From assembly GCF_002836205.1 (NCBI RefSeq), contig NZ_PJBE01000013.1, forward strand, positions 2,244,051-2,276,050: 32,000 nucleotides of DNA. Direction: 5' to 3'. Origin of the DNA: Shewanella sp. Choline-02u-19 (GTDB lineage: Bacteria > Pseudomonadota > Gammaproteobacteria > Enterobacterales > Shewanellaceae). A program made the translations under genes and the position numbers. Every line of letters starts with the position of its first letter. Within the stretch, counting starts at the first letter, position 1. Positions 10,702 through 20,712 of this stretch are shown in pieces. The notes under the pieces are model-generated. The model searched no databases, was not told the origin of the DNA, and worked only from the letters and a program-made list of their open reading frames with translations.

Positions 10702-11322
10702 TTATGCCTTGTTCAAATTATCAAGCTTCATTTGCAATGTTGGACTACTCATAGTGCCACCATTTTCTACTGCAGCTTGATAGGCAAGCTTAGCCTTGTC
10801 GGTTTCACCTTGGCGAACCAAGAAATCACCTTTTAATTCATCTCTTTGTGCTGCTGAAGCAACATCTTTGATCTGCTCAAGCGTAGTAATCGCTGTCGCA
10901 TATTGACCTTGCTCTGCTTGCACGCGTGCAAGACGCATGGTTGCTACAAGCACGATGCTACTATCGGCATTAACCGCAATCACATTTTTAAGTGTGGCTT
11001 CGGCTTTTTCCAAATCACCCGTTTCAACGGCTGACTTAGCGACCATAAGCTCTAATAAAGACTGATAGCCTTTTTGACCATGTTCTTTAGCAAACGTATC
11101 TGCAGCGCTTAGCATTGCTGCATCAGCTGTATTTTGACTGCTTAGTGCCTGAAAAGACTCTGAAGCGGCTTCAGCTTGAGCTAACTGATAGTCGGAATAA
11201 TAGTTCCAACCAAATAATCCACCTAAACCGACAACAGCACCTACGACAATTGAACTACCGTAATCTTTCCAAAACTGTTTGATAGCATCTACTTGTTGTT
11301 CTTCTGTGCTATAGACTTCCAC
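10702..11322 (-). CDS. yfgM: YfgM-family ancillary SecYEG translocon subunit (TPR-like, single N-terminal TM)
   Basis: The GTG start gives MEVYSTEEQQVDAIKQFWKDYG followed by a TM segment, matching the E. coli YfgM N-terminal pattern as I recall it. The gene lies between hisS and bamB. Confidence 0.8.
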   Translation of the reverse strand: MEVYSTEEQQVDAIKQFWKDYGSSIVVGAVVGLGGLFGWNYYSDYQLAQAEAASESFQALSSQNTADAAMLSAADTFAKEHGQKGYQSLLELMVAKSAVETGDLEKAEATLKNVIAVNADSSIVLVATMRLARVQAEQGQYATAITTLEQIKDVASAAQRDELKGDFLVRQGETDKAKLAYQAAVENGGTMSSPTLQMKLDNLNKA

Positions 11323-11336
11323 GTGTACTTCCCCTT

Positions 11337-12611
11337 TTAAATCAGTTCTGCAATATAAGTCGCCAACGCTTCTCGGGCAACTAATTCTTGTGCTTTATCT
11401 TCACGAAGGTACTTTACTGCCACTTGATTATTGGCAAGTTCATCTTCGCCAATCACAAGTGCCACAGCAGCACCGCTTTTATCTGCTCGCTTCATCTGTT
11501 TTTTAAAGTTGCCACCACCACAATGGCTCATCACTTTCAAACTCGGCAAACTTGCTCTTAACTCTTGCGCAACCTTTATCGCTTCAACTCGGCAGTTATC
11601 ACCCATCGCGGTGACATAGACATCAACGGCTGGTTTAACATCTTTATCTAGCTCGAGAGTTTCTAGCAATAACACAATACGCTCTAGACCCATAGCGAAG
11701 CCGACTGCTGGTGTTGACTTACCACCGAGTTGACCCACTAAACCATCGTAACGGCCGCCAGCTAAAACTGTGCCTTGTGAGCCTAGACTTGATGTCACCC
11801 ACTCAAACACGGTGCGGTTATAGTAATCTAAGCCGCGCACTAGACGAGGATTGATTGTGTATTGGATGCCAACAGCCTCTAAGAGTTCACATAAATGTGA
11901 AAAATGTGAACGAGTCTCTTCGCCTAAGTAATCCATCAACGCTGGTGCATCGCCTAACAAAGCTTGAACAGCAGCATTTTTAGAGTCTAAAACTCTAAGC
12001 GGGTTACTGTACATACGGCGTTGGCTATCTTCATCTAGCACATCTTTATGTTGCTCTAAAAAGGCAATCAAAGCATCTCGATATGCTGCACGCTCTTCGC
12101 TATCACCTAAGGTGTTTAGCTCAAGTGTGACATGCTCGGAAATCCCCAGCTTTTCCCAAAGCATGGCAGATAGCATTAATACTTCAGCATCGATGTCAGC
12201 ACTGGCGATGCCATAGACTTCAACACCAAATTGATTGAATTGACGGTAACGTCCCTTTTGTGGGCGCTCATGACGGAACATAGGACCCATATACCAAAGA
12301 CGTTGCTCTTGGTTATACAGTAAACCGTGTTCATTACCGGCGCGTACCGTTGATGCGGTACCTTCTGGACGTAACGATAAGCTGTCGCCGTTACGGTCTT
12401 CGAAGGTATACATTTCTTTTTCAACAATATCAGTAACTTCACCGATTGAACGTTTAAAAAGGTCAGTACTTTCAACGATAGGTGTACGGATTTCGCTGTA
12501 ACCGTATGCACTGACAGTCTCTCTAAGAACGGTTTCAAGTTTTTGCCATATAGGACTTTGGGTCGGCAGAATGTCGTTCATTCCGCGGATCGCTTGGATC
12601 TGTTTTGCCAC
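11337..12611 (-). CDS. hisS: histidine--tRNA ligase
   Basis: Start trimmed to the GTG at 12611 ([16 protein letters not shown]), giving 424 aa, the E. coli HisS length. Class II motifs are present ([22 protein letters not shown]; GGGRYDGL). Confidence 0.95.
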   Translation of the reverse strand: MAKQIQAIRGMNDILPTQSPIWQKLETVLRETVSAYGYSEIRTPIVESTDLFKRSIGEVTDIVEKEMYTFEDRNGDSLSLRPEGTASTVRAGNEHGLLYNQEQRLWYMGPMFRHERPQKGRYRQFNQFGVEVYGIASADIDAEVLMLSAMLWEKLGISEHVTLELNTLGDSEERAAYRDALIAFLEQHKDVLDEDSQRRMYSNPLRVLDSKNAAVQALLGDAPALMDYLGEETRSHFSHLCELLEAVGIQYTINPRLVRGLDYYNRTVFEWVTSSLGSQGTVLAGGRYDGLVGQLGGKSTPAVGFAMGLERIVLLLETLELDKDVKPAVDVYVTAMGDNCRVEAIKVAQELRASLPSLKVMSHCGGGNFKKQMKRADKSGAAVALVIGEDELANNQVAVKYLREDKAQELVAREALATYIAELI

Positions 12612-12640
12612 TGTTCGATTCGCCAAATTTGCTGTTTGAA

Positions 12641-12686
12641 AATAAAAAACGCCCTGCATTATAGGCGTTTCGATACTAAACGTAAA
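12641..12686 (-). promoter_or_regulatory. ispG-hisS intergenic element: hairpin (possible ispG terminator) overlapping a candidate hisS promoter
   Basis: AAACGCC (12647-12653) pairs with GGCGTTT (12664-12670), with a 10-nt loop and a U-rich tail on the minus strand. On the same strand: -35 TTTACG (12686..12681), 17-nt spacer, -10 TATAAT (12663..12658), 47 nt upstream of the hisS GTG. Confidence 0.45.
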
Positions 12687-12749
12687 ATGGGTGTTTTTAC
12701 CCATAAAAAATCACAAGCAAGCCAAGCTCACTTGTGACTATCAAGCTGT

Positions 12750-13865
12750 TTACTTAGTTACATCTTGCGCTGGAATTCTTGCTTCACTCAAGGCGACTCT
12801 TGCCCGAATTTTAGCTTCTAGCGAATCAACAATATTGTTATTGTCAAAACGCTCTTTTTGACGCACACCGTCTTTGTAGTAGCCGCTCATGCGGTTACCG
12901 CCAGTCAGGCCAATATCGGAGATAAGCGCTTCACCTGGACCATTGACCACACAACCGATGATAGAAACATCCAATGGGGTAACAATATCTTCAAGACGTT
13001 GCTCTAACTCGTTAACCGTAGAGATAACATCGAACTCTTGGCGAGAACATGACGGACAAGCAATAAAGTTAATTCCGCGTGAACGTATGCGCAATGACTT
13101 AAGAATATCAAAGCCCACTTTAATCTCTTCAATAGGATCAGCCGCTAACGATATTCTTAATGTGTCGCCAATACCATCAGCCAGTAACATACCTAAGCCA
13201 ACAGCCGATTTAACCGATCCTGCACGCGCACCGCCCGCTTCAGTGATGCCTAAATGAAGTGGTTGTATTATTTGCTTAGCCAACAAACGATATGACTCAA
13301 CCGCTAAGAATACATCTGATGCTTTAACGCTGACTTTAAATTGATCGAAGTTAAGACGGTCGAGAATATCAACATGACGCATCGCAGATTCAAATAGCGC
13401 TTGAGGTGTAGGCTCTTTGTATTTGTCCATTAGTTCTTTCTCTAATGAACCACCGTTCACCCCTATTCTAATGGGGATATTTTTGTCACGCGCGCATTCA
13501 ACCACACTGCGAATACGCTCTTCGTTGCCAATATTACCTGGATTGATACGCAGACAATCGACACCATATTCAGCCACTTTAAGGGCAATACGGTAATCAA
13601 AATGAATATCTGCAATTAACGGTATGTTGGTTTGTTGCTTGATAAGCTTAAACGCTTCTGCAGCATCCATAGTGGGTACGGATACACGAACAATATCGGC
13701 GCCGACTTTTTCTAATGCGTTAATTTGTGCCACTGTGGCAGCCACATCGTTGGTGTTAGTATTTGTCATCGACTGCACGGCAATAGGTGCGCCGTCACCA
13801 ATCGGTACATCGCCGACATAAATGCGGCTAGATTTGCGTCTGATAATTGGAGATTCGTTATACAT
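12750..13865 (-). CDS. ispG: 4-hydroxy-3-methylbut-2-en-1-yl diphosphate synthase (flavodoxin)
   Basis: 371 aa of GcpE type. It contains [20 protein letters not shown]-like and ACPSCSR / GCVVNGPGE Fe-S cluster motifs. Confidence 0.95.
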   Translation of the reverse strand: MYNESPIIRRKSSRIYVGDVPIGDGAPIAVQSMTNTNTNDVAATVAQINALEKVGADIVRVSVPTMDAAEAFKLIKQQTNIPLIADIHFDYRIALKVAEYGVDCLRINPGNIGNEERIRSVVECARDKNIPIRIGVNGGSLEKELMDKYKEPTPQALFESAMRHVDILDRLNFDQFKVSVKASDVFLAVESYRLLAKQIIQPLHLGITEAGGARAGSVKSAVGLGMLLADGIGDTLRISLAADPIEEIKVGFDILKSLRIRSRGINFIACPSCSRQEFDVISTVNELEQRLEDIVTPLDVSIIGCVVNGPGEALISDIGLTGGNRMSGYYKDGVRQKERFDNNNIVDSLEAKIRARVALSEARIPAQDVTK

Positions 13866-13887
13866 CGTCTTTGTGCTCAGTCATCTG

Positions 13888-14898
13888 TTATTGTCCAGCC
13901 AGAGGCAGGCTTAAGTGCGCCACTTCACCGCTAGGATATTGTTGCAAACTAACTTGAGTTCCATTGAGCTCAATACTCACAACTTGTGGAGCGCCCAATA
14001 TCACTGCGAAAGGCTCTGCGCCTGTAACATTGATGTTATTTCCTGGCTTTTTTAAACCATTGATCAGTGTCTTACCGTTCGCATCTGTCACTTTTATCCA
14101 GCAATCGCCCGTGAGGTTTAAGACCAAATCTGACAGCGTAGCATCGCTATTGAGATTAACTTGCCCAGCGGCGCTATTAGCGTCATTCGAGGCATTATCG
14201 CCTAGTCGGCTCTCAACCATTGAAACCAGCATCTGTCCTGCTGACTGCGGCGCGCTGGCGAGGCTATTCTGGGGTTGAGTGCTCAAAGTTTCAGTCGCAC
14301 CCTCTTGGTTTGATGCCGTATAAACGGTCTCATCATTATCGATACTTTGCGAGTTTGTTGTTTGTCCATTGCCAGATATTTCATTAAAGAAAGCCTCCTC
14401 CGCAGATGCGGCAACTTCCTCAACCGTTGGTTGTGAGTAATCGACGTTGGTTTCTATGGATGATTTTTGAAACCACCACAACACCATTAAGGCCAACAAT
14501 ACAAACACAATGACGTAGGTGACAAACATCAACCGACCGTCACGAGCTTGGTGTGTTCTCTTGCGTGAAAAGCTTTGCATTGACGGTTCAGCATCATTTA
14601 ACAGCTGTTTATCTAAGCAAACTTGCACTTCAAAAGGGTCTGCTTGCACCGCGCGAGCATAATTTTTTACGTAGCCGCGTACATAGGTCGCCGCGCCGAC
14701 TGCTAATAAATTGTCTGCTTCAATATCAAGTATGATACTCGGGCGCAAATGCAATTGCGTCGCAATATCCTCTACTGAAACGCCTTTATTTTCGCGGGCT
14801 TTTTTTAGCAAAACGCCCAGTGTGAGTGTTGACTCTTCCACTAGGCTTTCAGTGTCGTTGTTATCTATGTTGGGCAGATCATTCTGTTCATTTTTCAT
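13888..14898 (-). CDS. rodZ: cytoskeleton protein RodZ (HTH, single TM, C-terminal periplasmic domain)
   Basis: The N-terminal XRE-type HTH reads LGVLLKKARENKGVSVEDIATQLHLRPSIILDIE. A TM segment (FVTYVIVFVLLALMVLWWF) follows. The ATG at 14898 overlaps the pilW TGA (TGATG). The gene sits in the conserved position next to ispG. Confidence 0.85.
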   Translation of the reverse strand: MKNEQNDLPNIDNNDTESLVEESTLTLGVLLKKARENKGVSVEDIATQLHLRPSIILDIEADNLLAVGAATYVRGYVKNYARAVQADPFEVQVCLDKQLLNDAEPSMQSFSRKRTHQARDGRLMFVTYVIVFVLLALMVLWWFQKSSIETNVDYSQPTVEEVAASAEEAFFNEISGNGQTTNSQSIDNDETVYTASNQEGATETLSTQPQNSLASAPQSAGQMLVSMVESRLGDNASNDANSAAGQVNLNSDATLSDLVLNLTGDCWIKVTDANGKTLINGLKKPGNNINVTGAEPFAVILGAPQVVSIELNGTQVSLQQYPSGEVAHLSLPLAGQ

Positions 14899-15686
14899 CA
14901 ATGCGTATTAGCCCGATATTGCTTGGCCTGAGGCGAAGAAGGAAACTTTGCTAAGAGTAAAATACCAAATTTCCTAACTGCTTCATCGTCATTCAGACCT
15001 TGTTCAATTTCAATTCCCAGCGCTAAACTGATTGGAGATTCGACCGCTACTTTATGGTAGCGTGACAGCCGAACTCTCGCCTCTGTATACCGTTTTGCTT
15101 CAAGTTCAATTTCAGTTAACTCGATAAGCGAGGTGCGTCTTCTAGGATCATACTTAAGCGCCATAGCAAAATACTGTTGCGCTTTCTCTGTTAGACCTGC
15201 TTTTCGGCTACAAATTCCCAAGTTCTCATAAGTCGATGCTGACTGAGTATACAAAGGACGTTCAACGGCTTTAAGGAACATCTTTTCAGACTCAGCATAT
15301 TGACCTTGTTGACACAGGAATGTACCGAAATTATTAAATGAATCTCCGCTGGCATCCCGAAGGTTTGTTGCTTGTCGGTATGCCTGTTCGGTCTTTTCTA
15401 ATTCACCTACTGAACTGTAATAATATGCAAATGCGATATGCACATCTTCAAGCTCAGGAGCAAAAGCTAAAGCGCGGTCTAAATTCGCTTTGGCTTGCTC
15501 ACTATTACCTTTTTGTAGATAGGTTAAGCCTAACTGTACCCGTTGACGTGCCGCGGCCACTTTATTGACTTTTCGTTCAGAGACAGGTGTATCAGTGCCA
15601 GTATAGGTATTTTGTGTCACGCAGCCCGAAAGCACTGTTGCAGACAACAAAATAACCAACGGCACGCTCACCTTTCTATGATTCAT
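14898..15686 (-). CDS. pilW: type IV pilus biogenesis/stability TPR lipoprotein PilW
   Basis: Lipobox LSGC, TPR repeats throughout, and a position between rlmN and rodZ as in Pseudomonas, Vibrio and Shewanella-type genomes. Confidence 0.8.
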   Translation of the reverse strand: MNHRKVSVPLVILLSATVLSGCVTQNTYTGTDTPVSERKVNKVAAARQRVQLGLTYLQKGNSEQAKANLDRALAFAPELEDVHIAFAYYYSSVGELEKTEQAYRQATNLRDASGDSFNNFGTFLCQQGQYAESEKMFLKAVERPLYTQSASTYENLGICSRKAGLTEKAQQYFAMALKYDPRRRTSLIELTEIELEAKRYTEARVRLSRYHKVAVESPISLALGIEIEQGLNDDEAVRKFGILLLAKFPSSPQAKQYRANTH

Positions 15687-15718
15687 CGTTTAGCCTATCT
15701 ACCAATAGATACAAAGAG

Positions 15719-16840
15719 TTAATCCATTGTGACCGAAATTTGATTCTCTTGCATGCGTTTTTTCGCTAAACGCTTGGTTCTGTCTCTAATATCACCTGCA
15801 AGTTGACCACAAGCGGCATCGATATCGTCACCACGAGTTTTACGCACAATAACCGTTAAGCCATATTCCATCAGTACTTTAGAAAAACGATCTATTCGTG
15901 AATTAGACGAACGGCCGTAAGGAGAACCTGGATATGGGTTAAAGGGAATTAAATTTACTTTACATGGCGTATCTTTCATCAGTTTGGCCAATTCATGCGC
16001 TTGGTCAGTACTGTCATTAATGTGATCAAGCATTACATACTCAACAGTCACACGACCACGGTTAGCATTAGACTTGGCGATATAGCGACGGATCCCCGCG
16101 AGAAAATCTTCTAATGGGTACTTCTTGTTGACAGGTACCAATACATCTCGTAGCTCATCGTTTGGCGCGTGAATGCTGACAGCTAACGCCACATCCAATG
16201 CGTCGCCAAGAATATCTAACGCTGGCACAACACCTGACGTCGACACGGTAACACGACGCTTAGACAAGCTAAAACCGAAATCATCTAACATGATATCCAT
16301 TGCCGGAATAACGTTCTTCAAGTTAAGTAGTGGCTCACCCATTCCCATCATAACAACGTTAGTGATAGGGCGATCGCCGGTATCTTTCACAAAGCCAATA
16401 AAGTCAGCGACACGCCAAACCTGGCCAATAATTTCAGACACGGTCAGGTTACGGTTAAAGCCTTGAGCCCCCGTTGAGCAGAAGGTACATTCAAGTGCAC
16501 AACCTACTTGAGACGAGACACATAAAGTGGCGCGATCTTCTTCCGGTATGTATACCGTTTCAACTTCTTGGCCATTACCTACGTCAATAGCAAACTTGAT
16601 AGTGCCATCAGCTGATTTTTGATAACTTGAAATGGCAGGCGCAACAATTTCAAATTTACGCGCTAACTTTGCTCGTAATGCTTTGTTGATGTTAGTCATC
16701 TCTTCAAAGTCACTCACACCAAAGTGATAAAGCCATTTCATCAATTGATCGGCACGGAATGGCTTTTCACCCATTTCGGCAAATACCGCTCTCATCGATT
16801 TACGATCAAGATCTAATAAATTGATCTTCTTTTCACTCAT
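15719..16840 (-). CDS. rlmN: 23S rRNA/tRNA adenine-C2 methyltransferase RlmN (radical SAM)
   Basis: 373 aa. Radical-SAM motif [12 protein letters not shown]-terminal DIDAACGQL block. Confidence 0.95.
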   Translation of the reverse strand: MSEKKINLLDLDRKSMRAVFAEMGEKPFRADQLMKWLYHFGVSDFEEMTNINKALRAKLARKFEIVAPAISSYQKSADGTIKFAIDVGNGQEVETVYIPEEDRATLCVSSQVGCALECTFCSTGAQGFNRNLTVSEIIGQVWRVADFIGFVKDTGDRPITNVVMMGMGEPLLNLKNVIPAMDIMLDDFGFSLSKRRVTVSTSGVVPALDILGDALDVALAVSIHAPNDELRDVLVPVNKKYPLEDFLAGIRRYIAKSNANRGRVTVEYVMLDHINDSTDQAHELAKLMKDTPCKVNLIPFNPYPGSPYGRSSNSRIDRFSKVLMEYGLTVIVRKTRGDDIDAACGQLAGDIRDRTKRLAKKRMQENQISVTMD

Positions 16841-16882
16841 GTATGTAACCTCAAAAACCTAAAACCTGCATCCGGGCGGCGA

Positions 16883-16911
16883 ATTATACAGATCCTAACA
16901 AAATTTGGCCA
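16883..16911 (-). promoter_or_regulatory. candidate sigma70 promoter for rlmN
   Basis: On the minus strand: -35 TGGCCA (16911..16906), 17-nt spacer, -10 TATAAT (16888..16883), about 40 nt upstream of the rlmN ATG. Sequence match only. Confidence 0.4.
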
Positions 16912-17089
16912 GTAACCTAGGCCTCCTAATATGCTCATGCTGCTATTTCATACACTTATACTCAATGTTTCATCCGCCAAACCAAGACAAACCCACTAAG
17001 CAAAGGATAACGGACTGCACATAGAGGCAAAAACCGCGAAAAATAGCGTCTAAACTTCATTTGCTCATATCACGGATAATATAAACCTG

Positions 17090-17119
17090 TGCTAGAATCC
17101 GCTCAGACCAATGTTGGTC
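17090..17119 (+). promoter_or_regulatory. extended -10 promoter element plus a 14-bp palindrome upstream of the DUF21/CBS gene
   Basis: TGcTAGAAT at 17090-17098. GACCAAtgTTGGTC (17106-17119) is a perfect 6+2+6 inverted repeat between the -10 and the ATG at 17148. Confidence 0.4.
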
Positions 17120-17147
17120 CGCCATTTGGAAGTGTAATTTCACCTGT

Positions 17148-18224
17148 ATGATAACTCTTGTCATTATCGTTTTTGTCGCCATTACTATCTCTTTTCTTTG
17201 TAGTGTGTTTGAAGCAGTTTTACTCTCAGTCACACCCAGTTATATCGCCACTCTTGCCGCAACAAACCCCGCTGCAGCAACAAGGTTGAATAAACAAAAA
17301 GAAAACGTTGAATCTCCACTCGTTTCTATCCTTACTTTAAATACCATTGCTCACACTGTTGGTGCCGCTGTTGCCGGCGCGCAAGCCGCTAAAGTGTTTG
17401 GTGACGAGATGTTAGGCGTGTTTTCAGGTGTGCTTACCTTTCTTATTTTGTTCTTCTCAGAAATCATTCCTAAAACATTAGGTGCAAACTACTGGCGCTC
17501 ACTTGCCCCAACAGTCTCAATCGCCTTAGTGTGGATGGAGCGTGCAACCAAGCCACTTATCTGGATGTCTAAGCAGGTAACCCAACTAATGGGTAAAGGC
17601 GATGAAGGTCAGTATATTCGTCAAGAGATGAGTGCAATGGCAGAAATTGGTAGAGTCTCTGGCGAACTAGATGAGCAGGAGTCAAAAATTCTGACTCAAA
17701 TGTTGTCTGTTAAAGAGATGCCTGTCACCACCATCATGACACCTCGTACGGTGATGTTTAAGCTACCAATAACATTAACCCAAGGTGATTTTGCCACTAC
17801 ATATATGACAAAACCCTTTACCCGAATCCCCGTTTACCAAGATGAACCCGATAATATTATCGGCTACATCAATCGTAACGACGTACTGCTGGCAGAGCGG
17901 AAAACGCCGAATGAGCCCATTGCAGTGCTGAAGCATAACTTACTGGTCATTCCTGAGACTGCAAAAATTCTACCGCTATTTGAGTTAATGATTAAGCGTA
18001 ATACCAAGATTGCGATGGTGGTTGATGAATACGGCTCAGGTGAAGGCATTGTGACGCTGGAAGATATCGTCGAATCACTTCTAGGACTCGAAATTGTCGA
18101 TTCCAACGACCCTGTCACAGATATGCAGCAATTAGCGCGTAAATTGTGGAGTCGTAGAATGAAGCATAAAGGCATTGTGCTGTCAGACGACGGCGAGTTT
18201 GATGACAAGTCAGATAAGGGCTAA
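17148..18224 (+). CDS. CNNM/DUF21-family membrane protein with CBS pair (HlyC/CorC-type transporter lacking the CorC_HlyC C-terminal domain)
   Basis: The N-terminal 4-TM DUF21 region includes LNTIAHTVGA and EIIPKT motifs. A CBS pair follows (VKEMPVTTIMTPR...; MVVDEYGSGEGIVTLEDIVESLLG). The protein ends shortly after, at 358 aa. Confidence 0.85.
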   Translation: MITLVIIVFVAITISFLCSVFEAVLLSVTPSYIATLAATNPAAATRLNKQKENVESPLVSILTLNTIAHTVGAAVAGAQAAKVFGDEMLGVFSGVLTFLILFFSEIIPKTLGANYWRSLAPTVSIALVWMERATKPLIWMSKQVTQLMGKGDEGQYIRQEMSAMAEIGRVSGELDEQESKILTQMLSVKEMPVTTIMTPRTVMFKLPITLTQGDFATTYMTKPFTRIPVYQDEPDNIIGYINRNDVLLAERKTPNEPIAVLKHNLLVIPETAKILPLFELMIKRNTKIAMVVDEYGSGEGIVTLEDIVESLLGLEIVDSNDPVTDMQQLARKLWSRRMKHKGIVLSDDGEFDDKSDKG

Positions 18225-18233
18225 TTATCTTGC

Positions 18234-18288
18234 ATACCCAAGCCGCTTGGGTATCAATAAAAAAAGGGAGCTTAGCTCCTTTTTTTAA
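18234..18288 (+). terminator. stable hairpin plus Rho-independent terminator after the DUF21/CBS gene
   Basis: ATACCCAAG-ccg-CTTGGGTAT (18234-18254) is a perfect 9-bp stem. It is followed by AAAAAGGGAGC-tta-GCTCCTTTTTTT (18261-18286), which ends in a T7 run. Confidence 0.65.
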
Positions 18289-18304
18289 CCGCCAAAATCA
18301 GTAT

Positions 18305-18334
18305 TTCACCAATCAGAATGGTTAGTGCTATAAT
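18305..18334 (+). promoter_or_regulatory. candidate sigma70 promoter (extended -10) for the 5'-nucleotidase-family gene
   Basis: -35 TTCACC (18305-18310), 18-nt spacer, TGcTATAAT (18326-18334). GAGGA (18349-18353) lies 5 nt before the ATG at 18359. Confidence 0.5.
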
Positions 18335-18358
18335 TCTTGTTTGGTTCTGAGGATTAAG

Positions 18359-20101
18359 ATGACGTCTAATTACACTTTAAAACTTGCCCACATCAACGAC
18401 ACACATTCTCATTTCGACGCAAACCGACTGCAGTTTACGATATTCGAGCAACAACAAGCATTAACGCTATACACTCATAGTGGTGGATACGCACGTATTG
18501 GTTACCAACTATCTCAGGCCAAATTGTCGGCCAAAGCCAATCAGCAATCGTTTCTGTTCTTACATGGCGGCGACAGCTTTCAAGGCACACTTTACTTTAA
18601 AGAGTTCAAAGGCAAAGCCAATTCGGATCTGCTGAACCTGTTAAAGCCCGATGCGATGGTACTCGGTAATCATGAAATAGATGCAGGTAACGGCCCGGTC
18701 TTAGATTTCCTTAACGATATCCAGTTCCCTTTACTTGCGGGCAATATGGATCTAAGCCAAGAAAGCCAACACAAAACAGCACGATTGGCCTCGCACCCTA
18801 ACCTTTATGATTACGACAACGACACGCAGACAGCCAAGTATATTTTAAAGCCACTGCAGGATAAACAAGTCGCTATTGTCGGGATCACGCTTGATCAAAT
18901 GAAAGAGATTGCCCGCCCCGACGAAGATACGCATTTTATCAATGCCATTGAAACGACGAGGCGCACCGTCGCTAAGCTTCATGCAGAAGGTATTGTTCAC
19001 ATCATCGTGCTGAGTCATCTTGGGTTAGACCAAGACAAAATACTCGCCCAAGACGTTGATGGGATCAGTTTGATTGTTGGCGGCCATTCTCACACGCTGC
19101 AAGGGGATTTTCGCGAGTTGGGATTAAGCAATATGCCTTATGCGGAGCGCGTGAACAACACGCCGATTGTGCATGCTGGAAAATACGCCGAAAACATAGG
19201 CATCGCTGATATTACGTTTGATGACAAAGGCACAGTGACAGATCTTAACGGCGGCAATCATTTTATGCTCGACCAGCAATTTATATTGCAAGCGGGTGAA
19301 GGTGAAGTCAGCGCTGATAATTATCTGGCGATCCGCGCAAAACTTGACGCTAACCCGGCTATTTTTTGGGATGGCGAAGACAGTGTCATTCAGCAAGCTA
19401 TCCTTAAAAAATATCGGCCAACGCTTGATGCCCTCGACAATCAAATTCTCGGCTTTGTGCCAAGAAACCTCATTCATACACGCTTACCGAGCAAAGCACT
19501 GCCCCATGGCAGTGAGATAGCGCCTTTGGTCAGCCGGAGTATGTTCCAAGAAACTGTCGATATGGGCATTGAAGTTGATTTTGCACTGCACAATGCCGGT
19601 GGTGTTAGGCAGTCACTTAACAAAGGGCAATTAAGCCTTGCCGAAGTGATCGGCCGTATTTTGCCGTTTGACCTGCCTTTAGTGACCTACCAAATTCAAG
19701 GCCGCTGTCTATTTGAGATGTTAGAATCTGCCATTAATGCTGCCACGAATAATAGTGTCATCGGCACTGGAGCAGGCAGTTTCCCTTACACCTATGGCCT
19801 TAAGTATTTTTATGATGGCAGACAAACCTTAGGTGGACGGATCATTAAGCTTGAAATTATGCGCCACGTTGAAGGCATACCGCAGTGGTTTGATATTGAC
19901 CCTGAACAACAGTATATCGGCGTGTCATCAGCATATACCGCATCAGGTAAAGAGGGTTACTCACCTATTTTACAGTCCAGCTGGCAGCGCAGTGTCGAGA
20001 CGCTCACCTTAGCAGAAGCTTTTATTCGTTTTATGGCACGGCCGGAAACACTCGTGGACGTAATAGAGCCACAGGTGCATTACACTAGCCATAGACGTTA
20101 A
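18359..20101 (+). CDS. bifunctional metallophosphatase/5'-nucleotidase family protein (UshA-like fold), no signal peptide
   Basis: Start trimmed to the ATG at 18359, which has the good RBS. Metallophosphoesterase motifs are INDTHSHF, GGDSFQG, GNHEID and GGHSH. The C-terminal 5'-nucleotidase substrate domain shows LHNAGGVR. 580 aa. Confidence 0.85.
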   Translation: MTSNYTLKLAHINDTHSHFDANRLQFTIFEQQQALTLYTHSGGYARIGYQLSQAKLSAKANQQSFLFLHGGDSFQGTLYFKEFKGKANSDLLNLLKPDAMVLGNHEIDAGNGPVLDFLNDIQFPLLAGNMDLSQESQHKTARLASHPNLYDYDNDTQTAKYILKPLQDKQVAIVGITLDQMKEIARPDEDTHFINAIETTRRTVAKLHAEGIVHIIVLSHLGLDQDKILAQDVDGISLIVGGHSHTLQGDFRELGLSNMPYAERVNNTPIVHAGKYAENIGIADITFDDKGTVTDLNGGNHFMLDQQFILQAGEGEVSADNYLAIRAKLDANPAIFWDGEDSVIQQAILKKYRPTLDALDNQILGFVPRNLIHTRLPSKALPHGSEIAPLVSRSMFQETVDMGIEVDFALHNAGGVRQSLNKGQLSLAEVIGRILPFDLPLVTYQIQGRCLFEMLESAINAATNNSVIGTGAGSFPYTYGLKYFYDGRQTLGGRIIKLEIMRHVEGIPQWFDIDPEQQYIGVSSAYTASGKEGYSPILQSSWQRSVETLTLAEAFIRFMARPETLVDVIEPQVHYTSHRR

Positions 20102-20130
20102 CGCTGATAGCTGCCCATTAGCGTTAGCTA

Positions 20131-20150
20131 ACAGAACAGAACAGAACAGA
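20131..20150. repeat. pentanucleotide microsatellite (ACAGA)x4
   Basis: Four perfect tandem ACAGA units lie in the convergent intergenic region between the nucleotidase gene and the GNAT gene. Confidence 0.9.
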
Positions 20151-20189
20151 GTACCTCGTTATTTGATGGGGTATTCTTTCAATCCAACG

Positions 20190-20702
20190 TCACTTATTTA
20201 TCAGCACTTTACTCATGCTAAAGTTAACTAATACCTGCCCTGCGCGTGGATGTCGGTTCTTTGAAAGCACCTTATATCCCTGTTTTTCGAAAAAGGGCTT
20301 GGCTAAATAAGATGCCTCAACCGTGAGTTCTTTTATATGTTGCGCCGCAGCATACTCTTCTAAATAGCCGTAAAGTGCAGTGGCCACTCCTCTTCCGGTA
20401 AAATCAGGGTGACTAAACAGACAATCGATGTCAGCCGTAAGCACCTCTTCAGCGCCGTCCGATGGTTTAAGCCGTGCAGGCTTGAGGTTGATAAACCCCG
20501 CAATAACGCCTCTCTCAACCGCCACCCATGTTGTAGTAGGCTGTAACCTTGTAAGCCAATCTTGATGACTTCGAGGCGCTTGTGACCACACTGCACGTTC
20601 ATCAGCACTATAGTGGCTACTGGCTCCCTGCGTGATACTCAGGTGGAACAAGGTCGCGAGTTGGTCGACATCCTGTTCAGTAAACAATCTCACACTCATC
20701 AT
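20190..20702 (-). CDS. GNAT family N-acetyltransferase, YafP-like
   Basis: 170 aa. The blocks AVWSQAPRS...W..RL, DCLFSHPDFTGRGVATALY, LTVEASYLAKPFFEKQGY and NFSMSK match the E. coli YafP pattern as I recall it (SAWAQ, LFVDPEYTRRGVASAL, LTVDASITAKPFFERYGF, NFYM). Confidence 0.8.
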   Translation of the reverse strand: MMSVRLFTEQDVDQLATLFHLSITQGASSHYSADERAVWSQAPRSHQDWLTRLQPTTTWVAVERGVIAGFINLKPARLKPSDGAEEVLTADIDCLFSHPDFTGRGVATALYGYLEEYAAAQHIKELTVEASYLAKPFFEKQGYKVLSKNRHPRAGQVLVNFSMSKVLINK

Positions 20703-20712
20703 TTTATCCAGC

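Noticed and set aside
8462-16466. Antisense or alternate-frame ORFs inside der, bamB, yfgM, hisS, ispG, rodZ, pilW and rlmN (for example 8462-8704, 9715-10026, 10161-10463, 12176-12538, 12889-13257, 13964-14278, 15338-15568, 16173-16466).
   Set aside because: They overlap well-supported housekeeping genes. The translations are Ser/Thr/Pro/Arg-rich nonsense typical of the opposite strand of real genes.
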